Shown: piece after piece, positions 27,601-41,704 of the stretch
Position numbering within the stretch: position 1 is the stretch's first letter
Layout of the letters: each line of letters begins with the position of its first letter
Origin: Auanema rhodensis
Taxonomy: Eukaryota; Animalia; Nematoda
Direction: 5' to 3'
DNA: 64,000 nucleotides
Assembly: GCA_964057225.1 (NCBI GenBank)
Contig: CAXKVF010000097.1
Location: 38,189 to 102,188, forward strand
Notes under the pieces: model-generated
What the model saw: only the letters and a program-made list of their open reading frames with translations
What the model was told of the DNA's origin: nothing
The model's database searches: none
Position numbers and translations under genes: made by a program

Positions 27601-29738
27601 AAGCAATATCAATAAAAATTTGTTTTTAGACTAATATGGACATGGGGAATCTAATTTTGAAAACCGCATCTCTTTATCTTTCACGTGAAGCGAGTTACAT
27701 ACCAAGTGCACATCACGTGTACATTTAATTAGCATAAATTAAAGTTCACGTAAATTTCAAAGTCATGGTTACCATGAAGCAATATCAATAAAAATTTCTT
27801 TTAGACTAATATGGACATGGGGAATCTAATTTTGAAAACCGCATCTCTTTATCTTTCACGTGAAGCGAGTTACATACCAAGTGCACATCACGTGTACATT
27901 TAATTAGCATAAATTAAAGTTCACGTAAATTTCAAAGTCATGGTTACCATGAACCAATATCAATAAAAATTTGTTTTTAGACTAATATGGACATGGGAAA
28001 TCTAATTTTGAAAACCGCATCTCTTTATCTTTCACGTGAAGCGAGTTACATACCAAGTGCACATCACGTGTACATTTAATTAGCATAAATTAAAGTTCAC
28101 GTAAATTTCAAAGTCATGGTTACCATGAAGCAATATCAATAAAAATTTGTTTTTAGACTAAAATGGACATGGGGAATCTAATTTTGAAAACCGCATCTCT
28201 TTATCTTTCACGTGAAGCGAGTTACATACCAAGTGCACATCACGTGTACATTTAATTAGCATAAATTAAAGTTCACGTAAATTTCAAAGTCATGGTTACC
28301 ATGCACCAATATCAATAAAAATTTGTTTTTAGACTAATATGGACATGGGGGATCTAATTTTGAAAACCGCATCTCTTTATCTTTCACGTGAAGCGAGTTA
28401 CATACCAAGTGCACATCACGTGTACATTTAATTAGCATAAATTAAAGTTCACGTAAATTTCAAAGTCATGGTTACCATGAACCAATATCAATAAAAATTT
28501 GTTTTTAGACTAATATGGACATGGGGAATCTAATTTTGAAAACCGCATCTCTTTATCTTTCACGTGAAGCGAGTTACATACCAAGTGCACATCACGTGTA
28601 CATTTAATTAGCATAAATTAAAGTTCACGTAAATTTCAAAGTCATGGTTACCATGAAGCAATATCAATAAAAATTTGTTTTTAGACTAATATGGACATGG
28701 GGAATCTAATTTTGAAAACCGCATCTCTTTATCTTACACGTGAAGCGAGTTACATACCAAGTGCACATCACGTGTACATTTAATTAGCATAAATTAAAGT
28801 TCACGTAAATTTCAAAGTCATGGTTACCATGCACCAATATCAATAAAAATTTGTTTTTAGTTTAATATGGACATGGGGAATCTAATTTTGAAAACCGCAT
28901 CTCTTCATCTTTCACGTGAAGCGAGTTACATACCAAGTGCACATCACGTGTACATTTAATTAGCATAAATTAAAGTTCACGTAAATTTCAAAGTCATGGT
29001 TACCATGCACCAATATCAATAAAAATTTGTTTTTAGACTAATATGGACAGGGGGGATCTAATTTTGAAAACCGCATCTCTTTATCTTTCACGTGAAGCGA
29101 GTTACATACCAAGTGCACATCACGTGTACATTTAATTAGCATAAATTAAAGTTCACGTAAATTTCAAAGTCATGGTTACCATGCACCAATATCAATAAAA
29201 ATTTGTTTTTAGACTAATATGGACATGGGGGATCTAATTTTGAAAACCGCATCTCTTTATCTTTCACGTGAAGCGAGTTACATACCAAGTGCACATCACG
29301 TGTACATTTAATTAGCATAAATTAAAGTTCACGTAAATTTCAATGTCATGGTTACCATGAACCAATATCAATAAAAATTTGTTTTTAGACTAATATGGAC
29401 ATGGGGAATCTAATTTTGAAAACCGCATCTCTTTATCTTTCACGTGAAGCGAGTTACATACCAAGTGCACATCACGTGTACATTTAATTAGCATAAATTA
29501 AAGTTCACGTAAATTTCAAAGTCATGGTTACCATGCACCAATATCAATAAAAATTTGTTTTTAGTTTAATATGGACATGGGGAATCTAATTTTGAAAACC
29601 GCATCTCTTCATCTTTCACGTGAAGCGAGTTACATACCAAGTGCACATCACGTGTACATTTAATTAGCATAAATTAAAGTTCACGTAAATTTCAAAGTCA
29701 TGGTTACCATGAACCAATATCAATAAAAATTTGTTTTT
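12673..29738. repeat. Large block duplication: 45-monomer unit (7917 bp), first copy expanded to 52 monomers (9149 bp)
   Basis: Private variants recur exactly 9149 bp apart: G79C 13455/22604, T112A 15422/24571, A116T 15602/24751, G149A 15811/24960, C87G 15925/25074, T8A 19013/28162. Each copy also has the same three 175-bp monomers. Confidence 0.92.
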
Positions 29739-32700
29739 AGACTAATATGGACATGGGGAATCTAATTTTGAAAACCGTATCTCTTTATCTTTCACGTGAA
29801 GCGAGTTACATACCAAGTGCACATCACGTGTACATTTAATTAGCATAAATTAAAGTTCACGTAAATTTCAAAGTCATGGTTACCATGCACCAATATCAAT
29901 AAAAATTTGTTTTTAAACTAATATGGACATGGGGAATCTAATTTTGAAAACCGCATCTCTTTATCTTTCACGTGAAGCGAGTTACATACCAAGTGCACAT
30001 CACGTGTACATTTAATTAGCATAAATTAAAGTTCACGTAAATTTCAAAGTCATGGTTACCATGAACCAATATCAATAAAAATTTGTTTTTAGACTAATAT
30101 GGACATGGGGAATCTAATTTTGAAAACCGCATCTCTTTATCTTTCACGTGAAGCGAGTTACATACCAAGTGCACATCACGTGTACATTTAATTAGCATAA
30201 ATTAAAGTTCACGTAAATTTCAAAGTCATGGTTACCATGCACCAATATCAATAAAAATTTGTTTTTAGACTAATATGGACATGGGGAATCTAATTTTGAA
30301 AACCGCATCTCTTTATCTTTCACGTGAAGCGAGTTACATACCAAGTGCACATCACGTGTACATTTAATTAGCATAAATTAAAGTTCACGTAAATTTCAAA
30401 GTCATGGTTACCATGCACCAATATCAATAAAAATTTGTTTTTAGACTAATATGGACATGGGGAATCTAATTTTGAAAACCGCATCTCTTTATCTTTCACA
30501 TGAAGCGAGTTACATACCAAGTGCACATCACGTGTACATTTAATTAGCATAAATTAAAGTTCACGTAAATTTCAAAGTCATGGTTACCATGAAGCAATAT
30601 CAATAAAAATTTGTTTTTAGACTAATATGGACATGGGGAATCTAATTTTGAAAACCGCATCTCTTTATCTTTCACATGAAGCGAGTTACATACCAAGTGC
30701 ACATCACGTATACATTTAATTAGCATAAATTAAAGTTCACGTAAATTTCAAAGTCATGGTTACCATGCACCAATATCAATAAAAATTTGTTTTTAGACTA
30801 ATATGGACATGGGGAATCTAATTTTGAAAACCGCATCTCTTTATCTTTCACGTGAAGCGAGTTACATACCAAGTGCACATCACGTGTACATTTAATTAGC
30901 ATAAATTAAAGTTCACGTAAATTTCAAAGTCATGGTTACCATGCACCAATATCAATAAAAATTTGTTTTTAGACTAATATGGACATGGGGAATCTAATTT
31001 TGAAAACCGCATCTCTTTATCTTTCACGTGAAGCGAGTTACATACCAAGTGCACATCACGTGTACATTTAATTAGCATAAATTAAAGTTCACGTAAATTT
31101 CAAAGTCATGGTTACCATGAACCAATATCAATAAAAATTTGTTTTTAGACTAATATGGACATGGGGAATCTAATTTTGAAAACCGCATCTCTTTATCTTT
31201 CACGTGAAGCGAGTTACATACCAAGTGCACATCACGTGTACATTTAATTAGCATAAATTAAAGTTCACGTAAATTTCAAAGTCATGGTTACCATGAACCA
31301 ATATCAATAAAAATTTGTTTTTAGACTAATATGGACATGGGGAATCTAATTTTGAAAACCGCATCTCTTTATCTTTCACGTGAAGCGAGTTACATACCAA
31401 GTGCACATCACGTGTACATTTAATTAGCATAAATTAAAGTTCACGTAAATTTCAAAGTCATGGTTACCATGAAGCAATATCAATAAAAATTTGTTTTTAG
31501 ACTAATATTGACATGGGGAATCTAATTTTGAAAACCGCATCTCTTTATCTTTCACGTGAAGCGAGTTACATACCAAGTGCACATCACGTGTACATTTAAT
31601 TAGCATAAATTAAAGTTCACGTAAATTTCAAAGTCATGGTTACCATGAACCAATATCAATAAAAATTTGTTTTTAGACTAATATGGACATGGGGAATCTA
31701 ATTTTGAAAACCGCATCTCTTTATCTTTCACGTGAAGCGAGTTACATACCAAGTGCACATCACGTGTACATTTAATTAGCATAAATTAAAGTTCACGTAA
31801 ATTTCAAAGTCATGGTTACCATGAAGCAATATCAATAAAAATTTGTTTTTAGACTAATATGGACATGGGGAATCTAATTTTGAAAACCGCATCTCTTTAT
31901 CTTTCACGTGAAGCGAGTTACATACCAAGTGCACATCACGTGTACATTTAATTAGCATAAATTAAAGTTCACGTAAATTTCAAAGTCATGGTTACCATGA
32001 AGCAATATCAATAAAAATTTCTTTTAGACTAATATGGACATGGGGAATCTAATTTTGAAAACCGCATCTCTTTATCTTTCACGTGAAGCGAGTTACATAC
32101 CAAGTGCACATCACGTGTACATTTAATTAGCATAAATTAAAGTTCACGTAAATTTCAAAGTCATGGTTACCATGAACCAATATCAATAAAAATTTGTTTT
32201 TAGACTAATATGGACATGGGAAATCTAATTTTGAAAACCGCATCTCTTTATCTTTCACGTGAAGCGAGTTACATACCAAGTGCACATCACGTGTACATTT
32301 AATTAGCATAAATTAAAGTTCACGTAAATTTCAAAGTCATGGTTACCATGAAGCAATATCAATAAAAATTTGTTTTTAGACTAATATGGACATGGGGAAT
32401 CTAATTTTGAAAACCGCATCTCTTTATCTTTCACGTGAAGCGAGTTACATACCAAGTGCACATCACGTGTACATTTAATTAGCATAAATTAAAGTTCACG
32501 TAAATTTCAAAGTCATGGTTACCATGCACCAATATCAATAAAAATTTGTTTTTAGACTAATATGGACATGGGAAATCTAATTTTGAAAACCGCATCTCTT
32601 TATCTTTCACGTGAAGCGAGTTACATACCAAGTGCACATCACGTGTACATTTAATTAGCATAAATTAAAGTTCACGTAAATTTCAAAGTCATGGTTACCA

Positions 32701-35700
32701 TGAAGCAATATCAATAAAAATTTGTTTTTAGACTAATATGGACATGGGGAATCTAATTTTGAAAACCGCATCTCTTTATCTTTCACGTGAAGCGAGTTAC
32801 ATACCAAGTGCACATCACGTGTACATTTAATTAGCATAAATTAAAGTTCACGTAAATTTCAAAGTCATGGTTACCATGCACCAATATCAATAAAAATTTG
32901 TTTTTAGACTAATATGGACATGGGGGATCTAATTTTGAAAACCGCATCTCTTTATCTTTCACGTGAAGCGAGTTACATACCAAGTGCACATCACGTGTAC
33001 ATTTAATTAGCATAAATTAAAGTTCACGTAAATTTCAAAGTCATGGTTACCATGCACCAATATCAATAAAAATTTGTTTTTAGACTAATATGGACATGGG
33101 GGATCTAATTTTGAAAACCGCATCTCTTTATCTTTCACGTGAAGCGAGTTACATACCAAGTGCACATCACGTGTACATTTAATTAGCATAAATTAAAGTT
33201 CACGTAAATTTCAATGTCATGGTTACCATGAACCAATATCAATAAAAATTTGTTTTTAGACTAATATGGACATGGGGAATCTAATTTTGAAAACCGCATC
33301 TCTTTATCTTTCACGTGAAGCGAGTTACATACCAAGTGCACATCACGTGTACATTTAATTAGCATAAATTAAAGTTCACGTAAATTTCAAAGTCATGGTT
33401 ACCATGCACCAATATCAATAAAAATTTGTTTTTAGTTTAATATGGACATGGGGAATCTAATTTTGAAAACCGCATCTCTTCATCTTTCACGTGAAGCGAG
33501 TTACATACCAAGTGCACATCACGTGTACATTTAATTAGCATAAATTAAAGTTCACGTAAATTTCAAAGTCATGGTTACCATGCACCAATATCAATAAAAA
33601 TTTGTTTTTAGACTAATATGGACATGGGGAATCTAATTTTGAAAACCGCATCTCTTTATCTTTCACGTGAAGCGAGTTACATACCAAGTGCACATCACGT
33701 GTACATTTAATTAGCATAAATTAAAGTTCACGTAAATTTCAAAGTCATGGTTACCATGAACCAATATCAATAAAAATTTGTTTTTAGACTAATATGGACA
33801 TGGGAAATCTAATTTTGAAAACCGCATCTCTTTATCTTTCACGTGAAGCGAGTTACATACCAAGTGCACATCACGTGTACATTTAATTAGCATAAATTAA
33901 AGTTCACGTAAATTTCAAAGTCATGGTTACCATGAAGCAATATCAATAAAAATTTGTTTTTAGACTAATATGGACATGGGGAATCTAATTTTGAAAACCG
34001 CATCTCTTTATCTTTCACGTGAAGCGAGTTACATACCAAGTGCACATCACGTGTACATTTAATTAGCATAAATTAAAGTTCACGTAAATTTCAAAGTCAT
34101 GGTTACCATGCACCAATATCAATAAAAATTTGTTTTTAGACTAATATGGACATGGGGGATCTAATTTTGAAAACCGCATCTCTTTATCTTTCACGTGAAG
34201 CGAGTTACATACCAAGTGCACATCACGTGTACATTTAATTAGCATAAATTAAAGTTCACGTAAATTTCAAAGTCATGGTTACCATGCACCAATATCAATA
34301 AAAATTTGTTTTTAGACTAATATGGACATGGGGGATCTAATTTTGAAAACCGCATCTCTTTATCTTTCACGTGAAGCGAGTTACATACCAAGTGCACATC
34401 ACGTGTACATTTAATTAGCATAAATTAAAGTTCACGTAAATTTCAATGTCATGGTTACCATGAACCAATATCAATAAAAATTTGTTTTTAGACTAATATG
34501 GACATGGGGAATCTAATTTTGAAAACCGCATCTCTTTATCTTTCACGTGAAGCGAGTTACATACCAAGTGCACATCACGTGTACATTTAATTAGCATAAA
34601 TTAAAGTTCACGTAAATTTCAATGTCATGGTTACCATGAACCAATATCAATAAAAATTTGTTTTTAGACTAATATGGACATGGGGAATCTAATTTTGAAA
34701 ACCGCATCTCTTTATCTTTCACGTGAAGCGAGTTACATACCAAGTGCACATCACGTGTACATTTAATTAGCATAAATTAAAGTTCACGTAAATTTCAAAG
34801 TCATGGTTACCATGAACCAATATCAATAAAAATTTGTTTTTAGACTAATATGGACATGGGGAATCTAATTTTGAAAACCGCATCTCTTTATCTTTCACGT
34901 GAAGCGAGTTACATACCAAGTGCACATCACGTGTACATTTAATTAGCATAAATTAAAGTTCACGTAAATTTCAAAGTCATGGTTACCATGAAGCAATATC
35001 AATAAAAATTTGTTTTTAGACTAATATGGACATGGGGAATCTAATTTTGAAAACCGCATCTCTTTATCTTTCACGTGAAGCGAGTTACATACCAAGTGCA
35101 CATCACGTGTACATTTAATTAGCATAAATTAAAGTTCACGTAAATTTCAAAGTCATGGTTACCATGAAGCAATATCAATAAAAATTTGTTTTTAGACTAA
35201 TATGGACATGGGGAATCTAATTTTGAAAACCGCATCTCTTTATCTTTCACGTGAAGCGAGTTACATACCAAGTGCACATCACGTGTACATTTAATTAGCA
35301 TAAATTAAAGTTCACGTAAATTTCAAAGTCATGGTTACCATGAACCAATATCAATAAAAATTTGTTTTTAGACTAATATGGACATGGGGAATCTAATTTT
35401 GAAAACCGCATCTCTTTATCTTTCACGTGAAGCGAGTTACATACCAAGTGCACATCACGTGTACATTTAATTAGCATAAATTAAAGTTCACGTAACTTTC
35501 AAAGTCATGGTTACCATGCACCAATATCAATAAAAATTTGTTTTTAGACTAATATGGACATGGGGAATCTAATTTTGAAAACCGCATCTCTTTATCTTTC
35601 ACGTGAAGCGAGTTACATACCAAGTGCACATCACGTGTACATTTAATTAGCATAAATTAAAGTTCACGTAAATTTCAAAGTCATGGTTACCATGCACCAA

Positions 35701-38700
35701 TATCAATAAAAATTTGTTTTTAGTTTAATATGGACATGGGGAATCTAATTTTGAAAACCGCATCTCTTTATCTTTCACGTGAAGCGAGTTACATACCAAG
35801 TGCACATCACGTGTACATTTAATTAGCATAAATTAAAGTTCACGTAAATTTCAAAGTCATGGTTACCATGAACCAATATCAATAAAAATTTGTTTTTAGA
35901 CTAATATGGACATGGGGAATCTAATTTTGAAAACCGCATCTCTTTATCTTTCACGTGAAGCGAGTTACATACCAAGTGCACATCACGTGTACATTTAATT
36001 AGCATAAATTAAAGTTCACGTAAATTTCAAAGTCATGGTTACCATGCACCAATATCAATAAAAATTTGTTTTTAGACTAATATGGACATGGGGAATCTAA
36101 TTTTGAAAACCGCATCTCTTTATCTTTCACGTGAAGCGAGTTACATACCAAGTGCACATCACGTGTACATTTAATTAGCATAAATTAAAGTTCACGTAAA
36201 TTTCAAAGTCATGGTTACCATGAACCAATATCAATAAAAATTTGTTTTTAGACTAATATGGACATGGGGAATCTAATTTTGAAAACCGCATCTCTTTATC
36301 TTTCACGTGAAGCGAGTTACATACCAAGTGCACATCACGTGTACATTTAATTAGCATAAATTAAAGTTCACGTAAATTTCAAAGTCATGGTTACCATGAA
36401 GCAATATCAATAAAAATTTGTTTTTAGACTAATATGGACATGGGGAATCTAATTTTGAAAACCGCATCTCTTTATCTTTCACGTGAAGCGAGTTACATAC
36501 CAAGTGCACATCACGTGTACATTTAATTAGCATAAATTAAAGTTCACGTAAATTTCAAAGTCATGGTTACCATGAAGCAATATCAATAAAAATTTGTTTT
36601 TAGACTAATATGGACATGGGGAATCTAATTTTGAAAACCGCATCTCTTTATCTTTCACGTGAAGCGAGTTACATACCAAGTGCACATCACGTGTACATTT
36701 AATTAGCATAAATTAAAGTTCACGTAAATTTCAAAGTCATGGTTACCATGAACCAATATCAATAAAAATTTGTTTTTAGACTAATATGGACATGGGAAAT
36801 CTAATTTTGAAAACCGCATCTCTTTATCTTTCACGTGAAGCGAGTTACATACCAAGTGCACATCACGTGTACATTTAATTAGCATAAATTAAAGTTCACG
36901 TAAATTTCAAAGTCATGGTTACCATGAAGCAATATCAATAAAAATTTGTTTTTAGACTAATATGGACATGGGGAATCTAATTTTGAAAACCGCATCTCTT
37001 TATCTTTCACGTGAAGCGAGTTACATACCAAGTGCACATCACGTGTACATTCAATTAGCATAAATTAAAGTTCACGTAAATTTCAAAGTCATGGTTACCA
37101 TGCACCAATATCAATAAAAATTTGTTTTTAGACTAATATGGACAGGGGGGATCTAATTTTGAAAACCGCATCTCTTTATCTTTCACGTGAAGCGAGTTAC
37201 ATACCAAGTGCACATCACGTGTACATTTAATTAGCATAAATTAAAGTTCACGTAAATTTCAAAGTCATGGTTACCATGCACCAATATCAATAAAAATTTG
37301 TTTTTAGACTAATATGGACATGGGGAATCTAATTTTGAAAACCGCATCTCTTTATCTTTCACGTGAAGCGAGTTACATACCAAGTGCACATCACGTGTAC
37401 ATTTAATTAGCATAAATTAAAGTTCACGTAAATTTCAAAGTCATGGTTACCATGCACCAATATCAATAAAAATTTGTTTTTAGTTTAATATGGACATGGG
37501 GAATCTAATTTTGAAAACCGCATCTCTTTATCTTTCACGTGAAGCGAGTTACATACCAAGTGCACATCACGTGTACATTTAATTAGCATAAATTAAAGTT
37601 CACGTAAATTTCAAAGTCATGGTTACCATGCACCAATATCAATAAAAATTTGTTTTTAGACTAATATGGACATGGGGAATCTAATTTTGAAAACCGCATC
37701 TCTTTATCTTTCACGTGAAGCGAGTTACATACCAAGTGCACATCACGTGTACATTTAATTAGCATAAATTAAAGTTCACGTAAATTTCAAAGTCATGGTT
37801 ACCATGAACCAATATCAATAAAAATTTGTTTTTAGACTAATATGGACATGGGGAATCTAATTTTGAAAACCGTATCTCTTTATCTTTCACGTGAAGCGAG
37901 TTACATACCAAGTGCACATCACGTGTACATTTAATTAGCATAAATTAAAGTTCACGTAAATTTCAAAGTCATGGTTACCATGCACCAATATCAATAAAAA
38001 TTTGTTTTTAAACTAATATGGACATGGGGAATCTAATTTTGAAAACCGCATCTCTTTATCTTTCACGTGAAGCGAGTTACATACCAAGTGCACATCACGT
38101 GTACATTTAATTAGCATAAATTAAAGTTCACGTAAATTTCAAAGTCATGGTTACCATGAACCAATATCAATAAAAATTTGTTTTTAGACTAATATGGACA
38201 TGGGGAATCTAATTTTGAAAACCGCATCTCTTTATCTTTCACGTGAAGCGAGTTACATACCAAGTGCACATCACGTGTACATTTAATTAGCATAAATTAA
38301 AGTTCACGTAAATTTCAAAGTCATGGTTACCATGCACCAATATCAATAAAAATTTGTTTTTAAACTAATATGGACATGGGGAATCTAAATTTGAAAACCG
38401 CATCTCTTTATCTTTCACGTGAAGCGAGTTACATACCAAGTGCACATCACGTGTACATTTAATTAGCATAAATTAAAGTTCACGTAAATTTCAAAGTCAT
38501 GGTTACCATGAAGCAATATCAATAAAAATTTGTTTTTAAACTAATATGGACATGGGGAATCTAATTTTGAAAACCGCATCTCTTTATCTTTCACATGAAG
38601 CGAGTTACATACCAAGTGCACATCACGTGTACATTTAATTAGCATAAATTAAAGTTCACGTAAATTTCAAAGTCATGGTTACCATGAAGCAATATCAATA

Positions 38701-41700
38701 AAAATTTGTTTTTAGACTAATATGGACATGGGGAATCTAATTTTGAAAACCGCATCTCTTTATCTTTCACATGAAGCGAGTTACATACCAAGTGCACATC
38801 ACGTATACATTTAATTAGCATAAATTAAAGTTCACGTAAATTTCAAAGTCATGGTTACCATGCACCAATATCAATAAAAATTTGTTTTTAGACTAATATG
38901 GACATGGGGAATCTAATTTTGAAAACCGCATCTCTTTATCTTTCACGTGAAGCGAGTTACATACCAAGTGCACATCACGTGTACATTTAATTAGCATAAA
39001 TTAAAGTTCACGTAAATTTCAAAGTCATGGTTACCATGAACCAATATCAATAAAAATTTGTTTTTAGACTAATATGGACATGGGGAATCTAATTTTGAAA
39101 ACCGCATCTCTTTATCTTTCACGTGAAGCGAGTTACATACCAAGTGCACATCACGTGTACATTTAATTAGCATAAATCAAAGTTCACGTAAATTTCAAAG
39201 TCATGGTTACCATGAACCAATATCAATAAAAATTTGTTTTTAGACTAATATGGACATGGGGAATCTAATTTTGAAAACCGCATCTCTTTATCTTTCACGT
39301 GAAGCGAGTTACATACCAAGTGCACATCACGTGTACATTTAATTAGCATAAATTAAAGTTCACGTAAATTTCAAAGTCATGGTTACCATGAAGCAATATC
39401 AATAAAAATTTGTTTTTAGACTAATATGGACATGGGGAATCTAATTTTGAAAACCGCATCTCTTTATCTTTCACGTGAAGCGAGTTACATACCAAGTGCA
39501 CATCACGTGTACATTTAATTAGCATAAATTAAAGTTCACGTAAATTTCAAAGTCATGGTTACCATGAAGCAATATCAATAAAAATTTCTTTTAGACTAAT
39601 ATGGACATGGGGAATCTAATTTTGAAAACCGCATCTCTTTATCTTTCACGTGAAGCGAGTTACATACCAAGTGCACATCACGTGTACATTTAATTAGCAT
39701 AAATTAAAGTTCACGTAAATTTCAAAGTCATGGTTACCATGAACCAATATCAATAAAAATTTGTTTTTAGACTAATATGGACATGGGAAATCTAATTTTG
39801 AAAACCGCATCTCTTTATCTTTCACGTGAAGCGAGTTACATACCAAGTGCACATCACGTGTACATTTAATTAGCATAAATTAAAGTTCACGTAAATTTCA
39901 AAGTCATGGTTACCATGAAGCAATATCAATAAAAATTTGTTTTTAGACTAATATGGACATGGGGAATCTAATTTTGAAAACCGCATCTCTTTATCTTTCA
40001 CGTGAAGCGAGTTACATACCAAGTGCACATCACGTGTACATTTAATTAGCATAAATTAAAGTTCACGTAAATTTCAAAGTCATGGTTACCATGCACCAAT
40101 ATCAATAAAAATTTGTTTTTAGACTAATATGGACATGGGGGATCTAATTTTGAAAACCGCATCTCTTTATCTTTCACGTGAAGCGAGTTACATACCAAGT
40201 GCACATCACGTGTACATTTAATTAGCATAAATTAAAGTTCACGTAAATTTCAAAGTCATGGTTACCATGCACCAATATCAATAAAAATTTGTTTTTAGAC
40301 TAATATGGACATGGGGGATCTAATTTTGAAAACCGCATCTCTTTATCTTTCACGTGAAGCGAGTTACATACCAAGTGCACATCACGTGTACATTTAATTA
40401 GCATAAATTAAAGTTCACGTAAATTTCAATGTCATGGTTACCATGAACCAATATCAATAAAAATTTGTTTTTAGACTAATATGGACATGGGGAATCTAAT
40501 TTTGAAAACCGCATCTCTTTATCTTTCACGTGAAGCGAGTTACATACCAAGTGCACATCACGTGTACATTTAATTAGCATAAATTAAAGTTCACGTAAAT
40601 TTCAAAGTCATGGTTACCATGCACCAATATCAATAAAAATTTGTTTTTAGACTAATATGGACATGGGGAATCTAATTTTGAAAACCGCATCTCTTCATCT
40701 TTCACGTGAAGCGAGTTACATACCAAGTGCACATCACGTGTACATTTAATTAGCATAAATTAAAGTTCACGTAAATTTCAAAGTCATGGTTACCATGCAC
40801 CAATATCAATAAAAATTTGTTTTTAGACTAATATGGACATGGGGAATCTAATTTTGAAAACCGCATCTCTTTATCTTTCACGTGAAGCGAGTTACATACC
40901 AAGTGCACATCACGTGTACATTTAATTAGCATAAATTAAAGTTCACGTAAATTTCAAAGTCATGGTTACCATGAACCAATATCAATAAAAATTTGTTTTT
41001 AGACTAATATGGACATGGGGAATCTAATTTTGAAAACCGCATCTCTTTATCTTTCACGTGAAGCGAGTTACATACCAAGTGCACATCACGTGTACATTTA
41101 ATTAGCATAAATTAAAGTTCACGTAACTTTCAAAGTCATGGTTACCATGCACCAATATCAATAAAAATTTGTTTTTAGACTAATATGGACATGGGGAATC
41201 TAATTTTGAAAACCGCATCTCTTTATCTTTCACGTGAAGCGAGTTACATACCAAGTGCACATCACGTGTACATTTAATTAGCATAAATTAAAGTTCACGT
41301 AAATTTCAAAGTCATGGTTACCATGAACCAATATCAATGAAAATTTGTTTTTAGACTAATATGGACATGGGGAATCTAATTTTGAAAACCGCATCTCTTT
41401 ATCTTTCACGTGAAGCGAGTTACATACCAAGTGCACATCACGTGTACATTTAATTAGCATAAATTAAAGTTCACGTAAATTTCAAAGTCATGGTTACCAT
41501 GCACCAATATCAATAAAAATTTGTTTTTAGACTAATATGGACATGGGGAATCTAATTTTGAAAACCGCATCTCTTTATCTTTCACGTGAAGCGAGTTACA
41601 TACCAAGTGCACATCACGTGTACATTTAATTAGCATAAATTAAAGTTCACGTAAATTTCAAAGTCATGGTTACCATGAACCAATATCAATAAAAATTTGT

Positions 41701-41704
41701 TTTT

